From positions 1-64,000 of the forward strand of contig NW_003314274.1 of the NCBI RefSeq assembly GCF_000143415.4: a DNA stretch of 64,000 nt. Direction: 5' to 3'. This document shows, in pieces, positions 45,157 through 59,061 of the stretch (position 1 is the first letter of the stretch; each line of letters opens with the position of its first letter). A program made the translations under genes and the position numbers. Below the pieces are notes generated by a model that worked only from the letters and a program-made list of their open reading frames with translations, made no database searches and had not been told where the DNA came from. The DNA is from Selaginella moellendorffii (taxonomy: Eukaryota > Plantae > Lycopodiophyta).

Positions 45157-47335
45157 GTGAGATCAAGGTGTACATCTACAATGCTATATAAGCATAGTGG
45201 GATTTTAATAGCCATTAAATTAGTTTCAATTTAAACCACTCACTCTTATATATAAACTAGGGTTTTTGGGTAAATTGAATATGCATATTCTATTTCTATA
45301 TTTTATGCACTCTGGTGAAAGTGAGTGGCAATTTTGATTATCCTTAAGGACTTCCTAGATTTATGTTTTTTATTTAGATTTAACTTTTGCATTATTTAGA
45401 TCTCTCTTGTTCCTATAAATTTTTCATTTTTTTGTTTTTGCTTTTTCAATTTTCTTTTTGTTCATTTACAATGTACTTTTTCTTTAACTCTAGAGCTATA
45501 TGTTATATCTGACTAATCAAACTTAATTGATAGTGATGTTTATGGCACATGTTGCAACTCCTCCTATTCTTGCAAAACAATAAATAGAATGATATTAAAC
45601 AACTTAAATTAAAAACTTGGAACTTCAAAATGCCATCATTGTGTTCTATTATCACTTGAACTCATATGAACAATTGAGATATAGAGAAGTTTTGCATGTA
45701 TGTTTGAAGAATCTTGAGCAATGAGGTTTTTATCAAACAGCCTAAGCTCAACTCTCCAAACCCTAAAAACTTTAAATAACATGAGTGAGGATCATGTTTG
45801 TGGAAAGAGTCCCAGCTTTGAGGAAAAGTCATGAATGCAAAAGCCCCAAACTTGATCCATGTCCTAAACTTTAATCTCCTAGATCTCACTCTTGAGCTAT
45901 TGATCACAAAATTAGAGTCTCATTAACTGATAAAATTGAACCCAAGACCTAAGGAGAATATTCACCAACAAATTAATGGAAATGTATATGCCAATAATTT
46001 ATCTAATTGCAGTCCAGAGAGAGGCTTGGTGGTCAGGAAAATGTTTGTCAATGTTTGCACAGCCAATCAATGTGCGCACACTCAAAGAATGCCACTGGTT
46101 ATGAGAGGGAGGACCACATCATGACAGCTGTAGAAGTAAAATTCCATTACGTGGCCATGCCAGAAGATTTTGAAAACTCATTGCACATACAAGCTGTGAC
46201 TGAAAGCTAAATCACACACATAGTTTGATCCTCAAGTCATATCTGGTAAAATTAAAAGTAGAAGACTAAGCCATCTCAGCAAAAAAAGTGACGTCATTCA
46301 ATGTATAGTGGACCTAAACATTCCTCTGTGCAATTTCCACTGTTGTGTTACACTAGATAGCCAATCCCTGCCAAAAGATCTTTCTCTGTGATGCTTGGTT
46401 TCAACACCCAATCTGCTTTAGAATTGAGATCAGGTGCCATGAAACAGTAGCTACAATGTGACAAAAACTTCCATTAGTTTTTGCTGGAGAAAAGTACTTG
46501 CTCCCTCTAGTATTCTAACAGCTGCAATGAAAATGGTGTGAGCTCTTGCCGTCGGCTTGCACTTGCAAGGCCAAAAGTCCATTAGAGAAGAGTGAGAGAG
46601 GAGGAAAATATATCACATGTGTTCATGGATGTGTCAAGTGCACATAACACACGGATCACACACACAAGCATTCACTGTAAGTTTCACGAATTTGAGGCAA
46701 ACTTTGAGATGTTTGGGACAGAATCTGCTCAAGAACTTAGCAGCAGCAACGTTTATGAGCAGATAGTCGTGGGCGAGTTTGAGAGGGAGCTTCTTGAGCT
46801 TCTCAGGATGAACGTAGAAAAGAGGAAAGAGGGAGAGTGAGAGAAAACAGTCAGGAGAGAGAGAAGAAAAAAAGCAACTACACATAATAAGGGCTCAATG
46901 ACAAAGTCGTGGGCATTTGGATTTCAAGTGAAGTTAATTGTGTGGCAAGACGCAAGCATCTAGGAAATCACGTTGAAAAGAAGTTCCAACTTGCCTCAGT
47001 GCTGCCCTGGATTCCAAGGTAAGGAGGTGCACTCTTTTATTGATTTTAGATTTAAGGTTGTTCCTAAAAGAATCTAAAGACATTGCTAAAGGTTTTCTTC
47101 ATTATTTAAAAAGGTGTGCGCATTGCCCATTAGCTAGGCAGATTACTAATCCCACATATATAACAATATATATTAAGACATGCTAGGCCAATCACCTACA
47201 ACATTTATATATGAAACGCATTATGTTGATTTGTTACGTGTACAATAAATTCCTTTGCAAGAAGAAATTTTTTGAATGGAATTACCACCTGGGAAGCAAA
47301 TTAGATTGGCTAGTCCGTGAGCCTATAGCAATACC

Positions 47336-48517
47336 TTATGCCAGAGGATCCAGCAAACCACGACGTTGTAGTTTTGTACAAGTGGGACAGTACCACTTGG
47401 CCTTAAATCTCGTCTCGGAGCTCAAGCCAACGCACTGATAATGGAACCATTCCCCTCCTGTGCACTGAAAGAAAACCAGCAATTCTAAGTTATGATCGCG
47501 GGATCATGTCATCCGTAAGTTATGTCACGTTACGATCACAAGATCGAGGGATGGAAAACTTACGTTCTCGTTATCGCAAGCGATCATGTCCCCAAACGAA
47601 ACCTGCGAGGAAGAACACCAAACATATGGACAGGAAAAAACATGAAAACAATACCTGACCACAGATACAATACGTTTCTTCGTTGGGATCCACGGGTTGA
47701 TCCAAGTCGGGAGCTGGAAGGCTTCTCTTCCTGTAGTTGCCAGGAGGTGGCATGAGCTCGGTGTCCCGATCGCGTTCCCAGTCCTTGAGTTCTAGTCTCT
47801 TTCCTGGCGGGACAAAGAAGCTAGACTTCCTTTTCTCGTCGCGCAATGGCAGCATTGGAAGGATCGCAGGCTCGTCTGGTGATATCTTCCCCTCTATAAG
47901 AAAAGCAAAGCTTAAGAACAGAAAGAACAACGAAAAGGAGAAAAAATTTCTCATACCAAGCTTGAGATCCTCCGCGAACTGGTTTAAATCCTCGTCTAGT
48001 CTCTTCATCTGGCTATCGATCTGACCAAATCATGCTCGTAAGAGAGAACAAAACAGGGAATCTTAGCAGTAGAAGTTTGAAGCTACTTACTTACCAAGTC
48101 GTAAGCTTGCTGTGCTAGCAAAACTTTCTCCGTGCAAAGGCTCCGGATATTGTCGTGGTTTGCTTCGATCTCCTTCTTTAGCCTCTCGAATTCTTCCTGC
48201 TCTGGCGATGGCTTCTTGATCTGCTGCGTGGGAAGGAACAGGCAAGTCTTCGTGTCCTCGCGTGTTTGTAGCATCATATCTGTGAATCACGCATCATAAG
48301 CCGAGAACAAGAGCGATCAAGCACTTAACTGTGTGCTCGCACATCGAGCTCCGTCATTGTGGAGAGATGGCGCTGGACTTCGGCGTGGAGAGAGCTCGAA
48401 TCTGTGGATCCATCCAATGCCAATGCCGGCGATGAGCTCCGCTGCTATAGGCGATAGAGATTCCAACTTACATTCTAGATAATCGTCCACAAAGACGCCG
48501 GTTCTAGCGATCGCCAT
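47336..48517 (-). CDS. ING2: PHD finger protein ING2, multi-exon
   Basis: [15 protein letters not shown] start, [25 protein letters not shown] and [11 protein letters not shown]...KWYCPTC. Stop at 47336-47338. Confidence 0.93.
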
Positions 48518-48591
48518 AGCTGTCTCCTCTGTTTGAAGAGCCCTAAAAACTTGGCAGGGGTTTTATTTCGCATTTCTATTTCATAGGGCAA

Positions 48592-49954
48592 ATGGCGCTC
48601 TCGGCGCATTCTCTCCATGGCGCGGCGCTCGGCGCTCCATCCAGAATGCTCGAAGTTCGATCGAGAATCCATGCTCTTCCGAGGTAAACTTCCTCCTAGC
48701 CGTTGTTGTTCTCCCACATGTTCTTCCCGGATGGCCTTTAGCTCGATATATTTCAAAAGAACAAAGCTTTCGAGGCTTGCGACGTGCAATGCTGCCGATA
48801 TGTCTGCGGGATTAGGATCGGGCGCCGAGGAGAATCCTTACGAGGTACTTGGCTGCGATTGTGAAAAATCGCTCACAGTTTTCCTTCTTCCAGGTTCTTG
48901 GCGTAAATCCGCTCGAGAGTTTTGATAAGATCAAAGTGCTTTACTCGAGGAAGCACAAGGACGCTGAAAAAAGTGGCAATGAGGCTGCCGCTGCTCGAGT
49001 ACGTCCTGCCATTCTACTCTTTGCTTGATCTTCTTGCGTTCTTCGCGCAGTTGGAGAGAGCGTATGATAAGATTATGATGTCTCAACTCTCCAAGAGAAA
49101 GAAGGGATTGACGTTTGGAGCCGTCGAGGTATGTCGTTGTTTGTTCTTCTCGTTTAAAAATCCTTTCAAAAGGTCTCGAAGAACATCAAATATGCAGACA
49201 AGCAACCGCTACTTCCATGGGGTCCAAAGTATTCATCAGCCTTTCACTTGTTTCGGTGTGCTAGTCTAACGCAAATCATGAATTTGATAGAAAAGCTCGC
49301 TCCATCAAGAGAGATATCATGATCAACGTTGGCATTTCAGTAGCAATGGTGAGTTTGTGGCTGTATTTCCCAGTCTCTTTCAAAGTTTTGACATAAACTT
49401 GTTTGCGCAGTCTGTTTGGGTTGTGATATCAGAGGGTATGGCTGACTGGAAACCTTTGCAAGTGCTTATCTTTGGCTACGTCTTTCAGTTGTTCAATAAG
49501 CTCAAGCAGTACGAACCTCCTGATGTCACAGTCTATGTAAGTGATGGTTTTCGAGCTTTACTACTTCGCAAAATATCATAACCAAACACGAACAATCTGT
49601 TTCAGGATGAAGAGGATCACAACAAAAACGTTGCAAAGAGTGGAAAGAGACTCCTTCGCACGTTTGGACTTGTTTTCGGGTGCGTCACTGTTGCCTCATT
49701 GGTAAGCCATGTTTTTTCCTTCTTTCGTTTTTCGTTTCATGAACGTCGTACCACTGGATCATCAGGTGTTTACTGGTATTCTGAATGGCATCGAGATTAT
49801 AGGAGCTTCCATTCCTCGCGCCCTGTACAATAGCCAGGTAAGACTTCTTTCACAGTGGTTTCTTGAGAGATACTTTCCTCTTTTTGTCCAGGAAACATTC
49901 GTGACCATCGTCTCGGCTGTCCTTATGTTCTTCGTGGGATCATTCTACAGGTAG
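48592..49954 (+). CDS. CPP1/CDF1-like (DUF3353) plastid J-like membrane protein, multi-exon
   Basis: Transit-peptide-like first exon from ATG 48592. Spliced NPYEVLGVNPLESFDKIK...LERAYDKIMMSQLSKRKKG...IKYADKQPLLPWGP and C-terminal TM segments ending GSFYR. Confidence 0.85.
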
Positions 49955-51259
49955 CATCTAGACAAAGACATGTTTGATTCTGCCGGTTTGAGTGATCGAT
50001 GATCGATGGTGGTGTTACTGCCAAAATCATTTTTGTGGAATGCCCAGCAAGGAAGAAAGTGTGCTCGCTTTGCCGAGAGTGCTTTGGTGAACTGGAGATT
50101 CCAATAGTGGGATAGAAATCGAAGCTTTGGTGTTTGGAGGAGCACCAAACAATGCGATATTCGTTCGCCTTTGGGCTGACATAAAGTGAGACGATCATTG
50201 TGAAGCCCCACTTACCATTTTTCTAGATAATCCTTTGTGTCGCATTTACCGTGAAGATCTAACGTCGACCAATGCGGTATAGATTAATTTCGTGGCCTTT
50301 CGAGGACGCTAGATGTGGTGGTCAAAGTGATAGAGATTCCATTCGGGAAGTCGATTCGCCCCACAAGAAGCTCGATTGCGATCAATTTACAAAGAAAAAC
50401 AAAGGTGGTGGTGGCACATTATAGATTCCCCCAAATATTCCAGCGCCATGATCATGGCCGCTCCCACTAACTCAAAGCACGCGCTTTTTGCCGCTCAAAC
50501 ACGAAAGAATGAGAACGATAAAAGAATCAAGAAAAAGAGGAAGGGTATCATGTTTAAAAGTTTTTAAGGGCTCGGCATTCTTTCTTCTCTGGCGTGGAAG
50601 AGAGAGCGCGCCTTGGCGCAGGCACGAAATATTTCGATCCGGACGGCACGTCGATCGCGATGCTGCGGCGGAGCTGATCGATCGATCCATTCCGGTAAGC
50701 GCGCTTGTCCAATCCCATCCGGTTTCGTCTCTTGATTTCATGTCCATCGACGCGATCGTTGCATTGCCCTGCCTTCCCTCGCGTCGTCTTGTTCTTCCGG
50801 TCGATCCACGGACGCAATGCTGCTTTCTTCTCTTCTTCCTCGAGCGTTACCCTAATTGTAGCTTTCGTTTCCCTCTTTTCGGTTGTTTTTGATTCCCTGA
50901 GTGAGGAATGCCGTGCCCGGATTTCTTGTCCGTGGCCGAGAGATGCATGACTTACGGAGTGGACATTCTTGGTACAAGATAGCTCCACTGATGGATCGTT
51001 TGCTCGTGTACGCCATTCTCTTTGGTACTACACACGGTAGTACAGCCAGCTTGTCTCTAGAGACTTTATGCACGAGCGCTTGTGCTTCCTGGTTTAATGC
51101 AGCGATTTCTTTTCTTTTCTTCTCTGCCAGAATTCTGAAACTTACAACAAAGAAGAGATAGAGTCTGATGCCACAAGTTTTCAAGTTCCTGCGTTCTAGA
51201 TATCTTCCACCCGGGTTTTATGATCGGCTCCAGCAGCAGTGTCTAGCTCCAGGCATGAT

Positions 51260-54200
51260 ATGGCAGTCCTGGAGGTCCGGAATTTGCAGAATGGGAACTG
51301 CTCGGCTTCTAGCAAGCAAAGCAAATCTAAGCTTCTGCTCATGTCTATGTTGCCTCGTTACCCTTCCATGCCGACTTATCCCCCCTCTCCACCTCGAAGG
51401 GACATCGATGCTTCAGAGGTTCGTGATGTTACATTCAAGGTGGAGGGTATGGAATGTGCTGCTTGTGCAGGCTCGATTGAAAAGGCAATCAAACGCCTTC
51501 CCGGGATAAAAAATGCAGCTGTTGCTGCTCTCCATGCAAGAGCACAGGTCATCTATCATCCGGCCTTCGTTGCTGTAAGTCTTGCTTGTTGATGTTTGAA
51601 CCGTGGCTGACAAAAGCTGTGCTTCTGCAGGAAGAAGCTATTCGTGAAGCTATCCAGGATGCTGGATTTCAGGCTTCGGTCATCGAAGACCATAGCCACC
51701 AGAATGAGAGCAACATTTGCCGGGTTCGCATCAAAGGCATGACGTGCACAGCATGCTCCACTTCTATCGAGTCTGCTCTTCGGAAGATGGCGGGGGTTAA
51801 GAGGGCCGTGGTTGCTCTTGCAACGGAAGAGTCCGAGATACACTACGATCCCAAAGTTGTGAGTCACGGGCTGCTGATGGCAGCCATTGACGACGCCGGG
51901 TTCGAAACAGAACTGATTAGCGCGGGAGAGGACAGGAACAGAGTTTACTTGCGTCTTCAAGGGGTTCACTCACAGGAAGCTCTGAAGGTTATCGAGATCT
52001 CTCTCATGGCTCTACCGGGCGTGAAGTCAGTTGAATTCAACGCCATTGAGGAGCGCTTGATGGTTTCATATGATCCCGACTTAACCGGTCCAAGGTGCTT
52101 CATCGAGGTGATCGAGCAGACCAGTCCGACTCCGAATCTATACAGAGCGTCTTTGTACATGAATCCGGGGGAAGGATGCCCGGACAGAGTCGAAGAAGTC
52201 AGACGGTACCAGAAGCTTTTCTTGTGGAGCAGTGTATTCAGCGTGCCGGTCTTTTTCCTCTCGATGGTCTTCATGTACATTCCAGTTATCAAAAAGTGGC
52301 TGGACATGAAGCTGGTGATGGTGCTGACTGTTGGAGAAGTTTTGAGGTGGGCATTATCAACGCCAGTCCAGTTCGTTATCGGCTGGAGGTTCTACGTCGG
52401 TGCTTACAAGGCTTTACAGCATGGATCAGCTAACATGGACGTTCTGGTCGCCATGGGGACAAACTCGGCTTACTTCTATTCGGTCTATACAGTCGTGCGT
52501 GCCGCGACTTGCCAACACTTTCGGGGGACAGATTTCTTCGAGACAAGTGCCATGCTTATTTCATTTATTCTACTCGGGAAGTACCTGGAGGTTCTCGCCA
52601 AAGGAAAGATGTCCGAGGCTATAGCGAAGCTCATGAACCTGGCACCTGATGTTGCTGTGCTGCTTTCGGTTGACAGCAATGGGAACGTCGTTTCGGAACG
52701 CGAAATCAGCACCCAGCTCATACAACGTAACGACATCATCAAAGTCGGGCCCGGTTCCAAAGTTCCTACAGATGGAGTGGTCGTGTGGGGACAGAGCCAC
52801 GTCAATGAAAGCATGATCACCGGTGAAGCTCGGCCTGTGACAAAACGTTTGGATGACAAACTTATAGGTGGCACTATGAACGAAAACGGTGCTCTACGGA
52901 TGCGTGCAACTCACGTCGGCTCGGAGACTGCACTTTCTCAGATTGTGAGGCTTGTCAAAGCTGCTCAGATGGCGAAAGCGCCAGTGCAGAAATTCGCCGA
53001 CAAAATCTCTCAGTTCTTTGTTCCGATGGTAAGTATTTGATTTTCCTATCTTACTCGCGCTTACCTTAACTCTGCCTTTGCAGGTGGTAGTAACAGCTTT
53101 CTCGACTTGGATGGTATGGTATACCGCTGGCAGAGCTCGAACTTATCCAAGGTCTTGGATTCCGTCGTCCATGGACGAGTTTGAGCTGGCACTCCAGTTT
53201 GGAATATCGGTACTGGTGATTGCTTGCCCCTGTGCTCTGGGCTTAGCTACTCCTACTGCTGTTATGGTCGCCACTGGAAAAGGTGCAGCCCAAGGTGTTC
53301 TAATCAAAGGTGGCAATGCATTAGAGAGTGCACAGAAGGTGGTTATTCACAGACATTCTTTCTTCTTTCGAGGGAAAAACTGAAACCACAGGCTAGTAAT
53401 ACACATTGCTGGGTTTTCTTCTTTGTTGTTCCTCTTGCTTCTTCTTTTTCGTTTTCTTTTTCTCTCTGCACTTTGCTTGAAACTAAGACTAATACTTGTT
53501 TGTGATGCTTCAGGTGAAGTACATCGTCTTTGACAAGACCGGAACACTCACCAGCGGAGAGCCTGTCGTGGTTGGCACCAAGCTTTTCCAAAACGTGGCT
53601 CTCAAGGTCTTTTTTGATTTGGTAGCTTCCGCCGAGGTACTCTTATCATACTTTCTTATATCTCTCACGTATATATCTCGTTACAAAACAGGTGAACAGC
53701 GAGCATCCTCTTGCGAAAGCCATCATCGAGTACGCCAAGTCGCTGCAAGGCACGGGCTGCAAAGACCTCCTTTGGCTTCCAGAAGTGAAGGACTTCAAAT
53801 CCATTGCGGGACAAGGAGTAACGGGAGAAGTGTCCGGGAAGCGCATCTGCGTGGGAAACACGAGGTTGATGGCCGAAAACGGGATCATGGTCTCTCTAGA
53901 CGTAGCCGAGCAGCTCAAAGAGACCGAAGTCATGGCAAGAACAGGGGTCCTGGGAGCTATAGGCGGGGAAATCGTCGGACTCATCTCCATCGCGGATCCA
54001 GTAAAGCCAGAGGCAGCAGCAGTCATCTCCTACTTGAAGTCGATGGGAATCCACAGCTTGATGGTCACTGGCGACAACTGGGGGACAGCCAGAGCCATCG
54101 CTCGCGAGATTGGGATCGACAACGTGATCGCTGAAGCACAGCCCAGCGTCAAAGCCGAGAAGATCAAAGAGCTCCAGGTAAAAGTTCTTTGCATTTTTGG

Positions 54201-54619
54201 AGAAGAAACTCTGGATCTCTTGCTCGTTCCAGGCGACAGGGATGGCAGTAGCGATGGTGGGCGATGGTATCAACGATTCCCCGGCGCTGGTGGCCGCGGA
54301 CGTGGGCATGGCGATTGGAGCCGGGACCGACATCGCGGTGGAAGCGGCGGACATCGTTTTGATGAAGAACAACCTCGAGGACGTGGTGACCGCCATCGAT
54401 CTCTCGCGGAAGACTTTCACGAGGATCCGGCTGAATTACCTGTGGGCTCTCGGCTACAACGTCTTGGGGATTCCCATCGCCGCGGGAGTGCTCTTCCCGT
54501 GGACGGGGTTTCGCCTCCCTCCATGGATCGCCGGCGCTGCCATGGCCGCTTCCTCGGTCAGCGTCGTGTGCTCGTCGCTGCTACTCAAGAACTACAAGCG
54601 CCCAAGAAAGCTTGGCTGA
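51260..54619 (+). CDS. HMA5: Copper-transporting P1B-1 ATPase (HMA5-like), multi-exon
   Basis: Metal-binding GMECAAC and [37 protein letters not shown] and MAASS Cu(I) signatures. The start is the first in-frame ATG after a stop. Confidence 0.92.
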
Positions 54620-54729
54620 CTTTAAAGAAATTTTTAAATTGCCGAATATTCTTATATACCTTTTTCTCTAGAATCTTTTATGCTTTGAATCATTCTTTGG
54701 GCAAATATTTCTAGGGTTCTTCGTCCACC

Positions 54730-56969
54730 ATGGACGTGGCGAGCAGCAATGCCGCGCTCATGCGGCGGATCGTGCAGCTAGAGAGTGGTAATCTCTTGTA
54801 ATTTCACACCTTTCTTCTGATGGATTGAGCGTAGAGCGCGATGAGCTGCGGCGGGATGTGGAGGCCCTGTGCATGCAGCAATCTGGAGAGCGCTCCGGCG
54901 GTGATTTTATGTCTCGGTTGCAAGCTCGCAGGTCAGATTTCCTCTTCTTGTTGTCTCTCTCATTCAATTGATCCCTGAGATTTTTCCTGGCCAGGCTTGC
55001 TGGATTGGAGCAGGAATTGGAAGCTTACAAGAACAAAGTGTCGGCGTACAAGCGAGAGAATGAGAATTTGCAAGAAGAGCTCTCCGAGCTGTACAAGATC
55101 AAGGTTTATCGATTTTTTTTGTCTGGATTTTGTGTACGGCTTTTTTAGACTTTCGTTCTTTTGATTCTTCCGTAGAGTCAAGTGTCGGAGCTTTACAAGA
55201 ACGAAAGCGAAAAGGTAAATGTTTTGGAATTTTGTTGGTAAATGACATCAATGTTCGTTGGCAGCACAAGAAGCTGGAGCAAGAAATAAAGTTTTTCCAA
55301 AACAACATGGCCTCCTCAATTAGTGAAAGGGACAAGCTTCTTCTTGAGGTATGTGCTGAATTTTTATGGTTATGCATTAGGAAACTATTGACGCAGATAG
55401 AAAGAATTCAAAATCACGGACAATCACTTGAAGAAGATCTTAAGGCTTTTCGCCGCAGGCAAGTCTCCTGGTTCTTTTCGTCTTCTTCATGCACCGTTGT
55501 TTTCCAGGCAGAAGGAAATGTTGCAGGAAAACGAATTAAAAAGCGCCCGTTTGGAAGAAATGGAGGAAAATATGGAGAAACTGAATGCTCAACTGCACGT
55601 CTATCACCAGGTTCAGCATGGTGAAAGTGTTGTCTTTGTGACGTAAAGAAGTACTTGACTGCTGAGTTAACTAACAGGTTGTCCACAAATTCTGGCGCCT
55701 TCGATCTTCAAGTGAGATGGCGGAAGACACAGACGCGCTTGAGCAGGCGAAATCTCTCGTATCGGATGTAGACGGATCGTGGAGTTTTGGTGAAGTCGCT
55801 GAACTGGAAAAGCAACTACGGCACAAAGTTGAAAGCCTTGAAACCACCAATGTAAGCTTTTACCTTGTCTACTTAACGTCTCAGACTAACGTTTTAACTG
55901 TCAGGTCTCGTTGGAAAAAGATTTAGCCTCTGTAAAAGCTGAAGCTGACCACTTACGAGATGCTAAAGCAAAGGCGGAGTCCTCCGTTGTCGATCTTGAG
56001 ATGCGCCTGGTAAAAATGGATGTCGTGATTACCTCAGGGATTTAACTTTGATTTTCCAGTTGAAATTTGGAGTATACCTTGGTAGCGCTATGCAAGAGCT
56101 TTACATGTGTCACAGAAGGTTGAAGAATGATGTTTCTACTATGTTTAAGGCCGAAAAGACCTTCCTCGAGGCTACTTTGACTTCTTTTCAAGAGATTGCA
56201 GATAAAATCAAGACAGCTGAGACCAGTTGTTCTACAACAGGAAGCCGAATCACGTCGGATACGAGCGACACGGGAACAAGCAGTGAGGTGAAACGAGTTT
56301 CTGTTTTTATTTTTCTTTTCAACAGAGAGATTCATTGCAGGTTCAAGAAAACAAAAGTGCGCAACCGGTTGTTAGCCAGGACGCTTTTTTGCAAGCATTA
56401 CAGGACAAGGTATATAGTTCATCGTTTTTTTGTACTGCCACATAAACGCCTGATAAAATCGTGAACTTTGCTTTAGGTGTCAGCCTTAATGTTGCTCTCG
56501 CAGGAAGAAGAGAGGCGTCACCTGGAATGCAAGACAACGGGAGCCTTGGAATATCAGATAGAACAGCTCAACGAGACATTATCCCAGGTTCGAGCTCTAG
56601 ACTCAATTCTCCAGCCTATGATTAACTTGTTTAAACATGTAGGTGACACTGGAAAAAGTGGACGCTTTGATGCAAGTCGCGCGGCTTAAGTACGAGTGCG
56701 ACGAGTTGAAAGATCGCGAAAGGTTTATCCCTTTTTTTTTCACTCCATTAAAAAAACTGCTCTTTTTCTCTTGCAGGGATTTATTGAAACGTCTTGAGAA
56801 GCCGTCTAGCTCAAACACCGGTGGGAGATTACTACCAGCTAGCTGGGCTGCAACCACAGAGCCTATAGACGTCGTCGAGGAGGAGATTACACAAGAAAAA
56901 AAGCAGCCATCGACGACATCGACGAGTTATCTCAAGTCCTGGTTGAGGGGTGGCGGCGGCGGAGAGTAG
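54730..56969 (+). CDS. Conserved plant coiled-coil (myosin-heavy-chain-related) protein, multi-exon
   Basis: Spliced RIVQLESERDELRRDVEALCMQQSG...AGLEQE, LEQEIKFFQNNMASSISERDK and SALMLLSQEEERRHLE. The 3' end is uncertain. Confidence 0.75.
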
Positions 56970-57108
56970 AACCACACTTTGTCAAATTTTCTTGTACGCA
57001 TGGAGTTCTCCAGGTAGAGTTTCTTTTTTAAGATCGTATTGTTCTTCACAGGTAGCTAAGAATGTATGTTTCTTTCCAGCGTTTGTGGGAAAAAGTTAAG
57101 AATTTCGT

Positions 57109-59061
57109 TTACTCCCACTCGACAGTAGCGGGAGGTTTCGAAGTGAAATCATAAGCCACACGATTGACTCCTCTAACAGTGTTGCAAATCTTTCCAGTGA
57201 CGTCTTTCACAAACTTGTTCTTGAATTCATACCTGCAGCCACCAACAAAACAATCGTGAGTTTCAGAGTCTACTGATCGATCAAAGCTCTCGGCTTACGT
57301 GTCAGCAGTCATGCCATCTTCGCTCGTTATGGCTCTCAAGATGACGGGATAGGCATGCGTCCTCCTGTCTCCTTGGACTCCCACGGTCTTGACGGGAATC
57401 AGAACAGCGAAAGCTTGCCAGATCTCGTCGTAGAGACCCGCCTCTTTTATACTGTTCACGAAGATCTCGTCCGCCTAAATCTCAAAACGTCAAGTCGTCG
57501 CTCGAGGGAATACATTTCTTTTACCTGTCTCAGCATCTCCAAGTGGCTTTCCGTGACTTCTCCAAGGATACGCACAGCCAAGCCGGGGCCAGGAAAAGGA
57601 TGCCTCTTGAGAAAGCTCTCTGGAACTCCAAGTAGTTTTCCAAGCTTCCTCACCTGGAAGGTAGAAGCATATAAATCACAGTACTAAGAAATGGAATAGA
57701 AAAAAAAACCAAACCTCGTCCTTGAAGAGCCATTTTAGCGGCTCCAAGAGCTTCAACTTCATCACTTCAGGGAGGCCTCCAACGTTATGGTGACTTTTGA
57801 TCGTGTGCGAGTGACCCTTTCCACTTCCAGGCGGCGGACACGACTCGATCACGTCGGGGTAGAGCGTTCCCTGGACCAGAAAGGTTGCCGTCTTGCCGAG
57901 TTCTTCCTCGAGGTGGCTAGCAAACTTGTCAAACACGGAGATAAACTGTGCTCCGATGATCTTGCGCTTCTGCTCTGGATCGGTGACGCCACGCAGACGT
58001 GAAAGAAAATCCGTGCTTGCGTCCACGCAGACAACAGGGAGGTGTAACTCACGCTTGAAGGTTTCCATTACTCGCTCTTGCTCTTTATATCTGCCGTGAC
58101 ACCACTTTAGACAATCTTTTGCCATTAGAAAGCCATAACTTACCTGAGAAGGCCATTGTCCACGAAGACGCAGTGGAGGCGATCTCCAAGAGCTTTGTGT
58201 ACGAGCGTCGCTGCGACGCTGGAATCCACCCCTCCGGACAGAGCACAGATTGCGTGCTCGTCGGGTCCTACTGCCGATTTGATCAGCTCGATCTGTTCTT
58301 CCAAAAGGTCCTGGAGTTTCCAGTCGTCCACCACGCCACCAATGTCGAAGAGAATGCGTCGTAGAGTCTGGATTCCCTTGGGTGTATGAGTAACCTGGAT
58401 CAAACAAAAACAATGTAAGTAGAAAAACCAAAGAGAGAACGTCAAAGAGAGAAAAAAACTAGTTCTATCCATCAAGAAACAAAAGAGAGAACAAGTACTC
58501 TACCTCGGGATGATATTGCAATCCAAAAATTCCCAGCTCGGTGTTTTCGATCGCCGTGATCGTTCCCTGGACACTCTTTGCCACCACGTTAAATCCCGGA
58601 GGAAGCGTCACAGCTTCGTCGCCATGGCTCATCCACACCGCCTGCGTCATCATCGCTGGATCGTCCCCATAGAGCTTAGATCCCAGACTAGCACGAATTT
58701 CCGTGCTCCCATACTCCTGGCTATCGGCGGGCCTGACCACTCCCCCGAGTTCCTTGACAATCAGCTGGAGCCCATAGCAAATCCCCAGCACCAAGACCTT
58801 CTTCTCCCTAACGTAATCAAAGAATCCATCGGGCACGGTGGGAGCGCCTGGCTCGTGGACGGAATGCGGTCCACCGGAGAGGATTACGATCGAGGGCGTG
58901 AGCTTGGCGATGGCGTCGAGCGATGCGCCGGCGGAGAGGCAGAAGGAGCACACACCTAGCTGGCGGACGCGGCGCGTGATGAGATGCGTGTACTGCGATC
59001 CAAAATCCATCACCAGCACCACATTGTGCCGCGACGCCTCCTCCTCCATCGCCATTGCCAT
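57109..59061 (-). CDS. GMPS: GMP synthase (glutamine-hydrolysing), multi-exon
   Basis: [62 protein letters not shown] and C-terminal [10 protein letters not shown]. Confidence 0.97.

Noticed and set aside
44840-45234. Tyr/Ile/His and Met/Tyr/Val ORFs
   Set aside because: Translations of the microsatellite.
45900-47050. GC-balanced stretch with short ORFs and an LLFHGT-like word on the minus strand
   Set aside because: No consistent frame, splice model or further motifs. Left unassigned.
50376-51200. Several 60-144 aa ORFs upstream of the Cu-ATPase
   Set aside because: Pyrimidine-rich leader with a GTAAGC donor near 50695. More likely promoter, 5' UTR and UTR intron.
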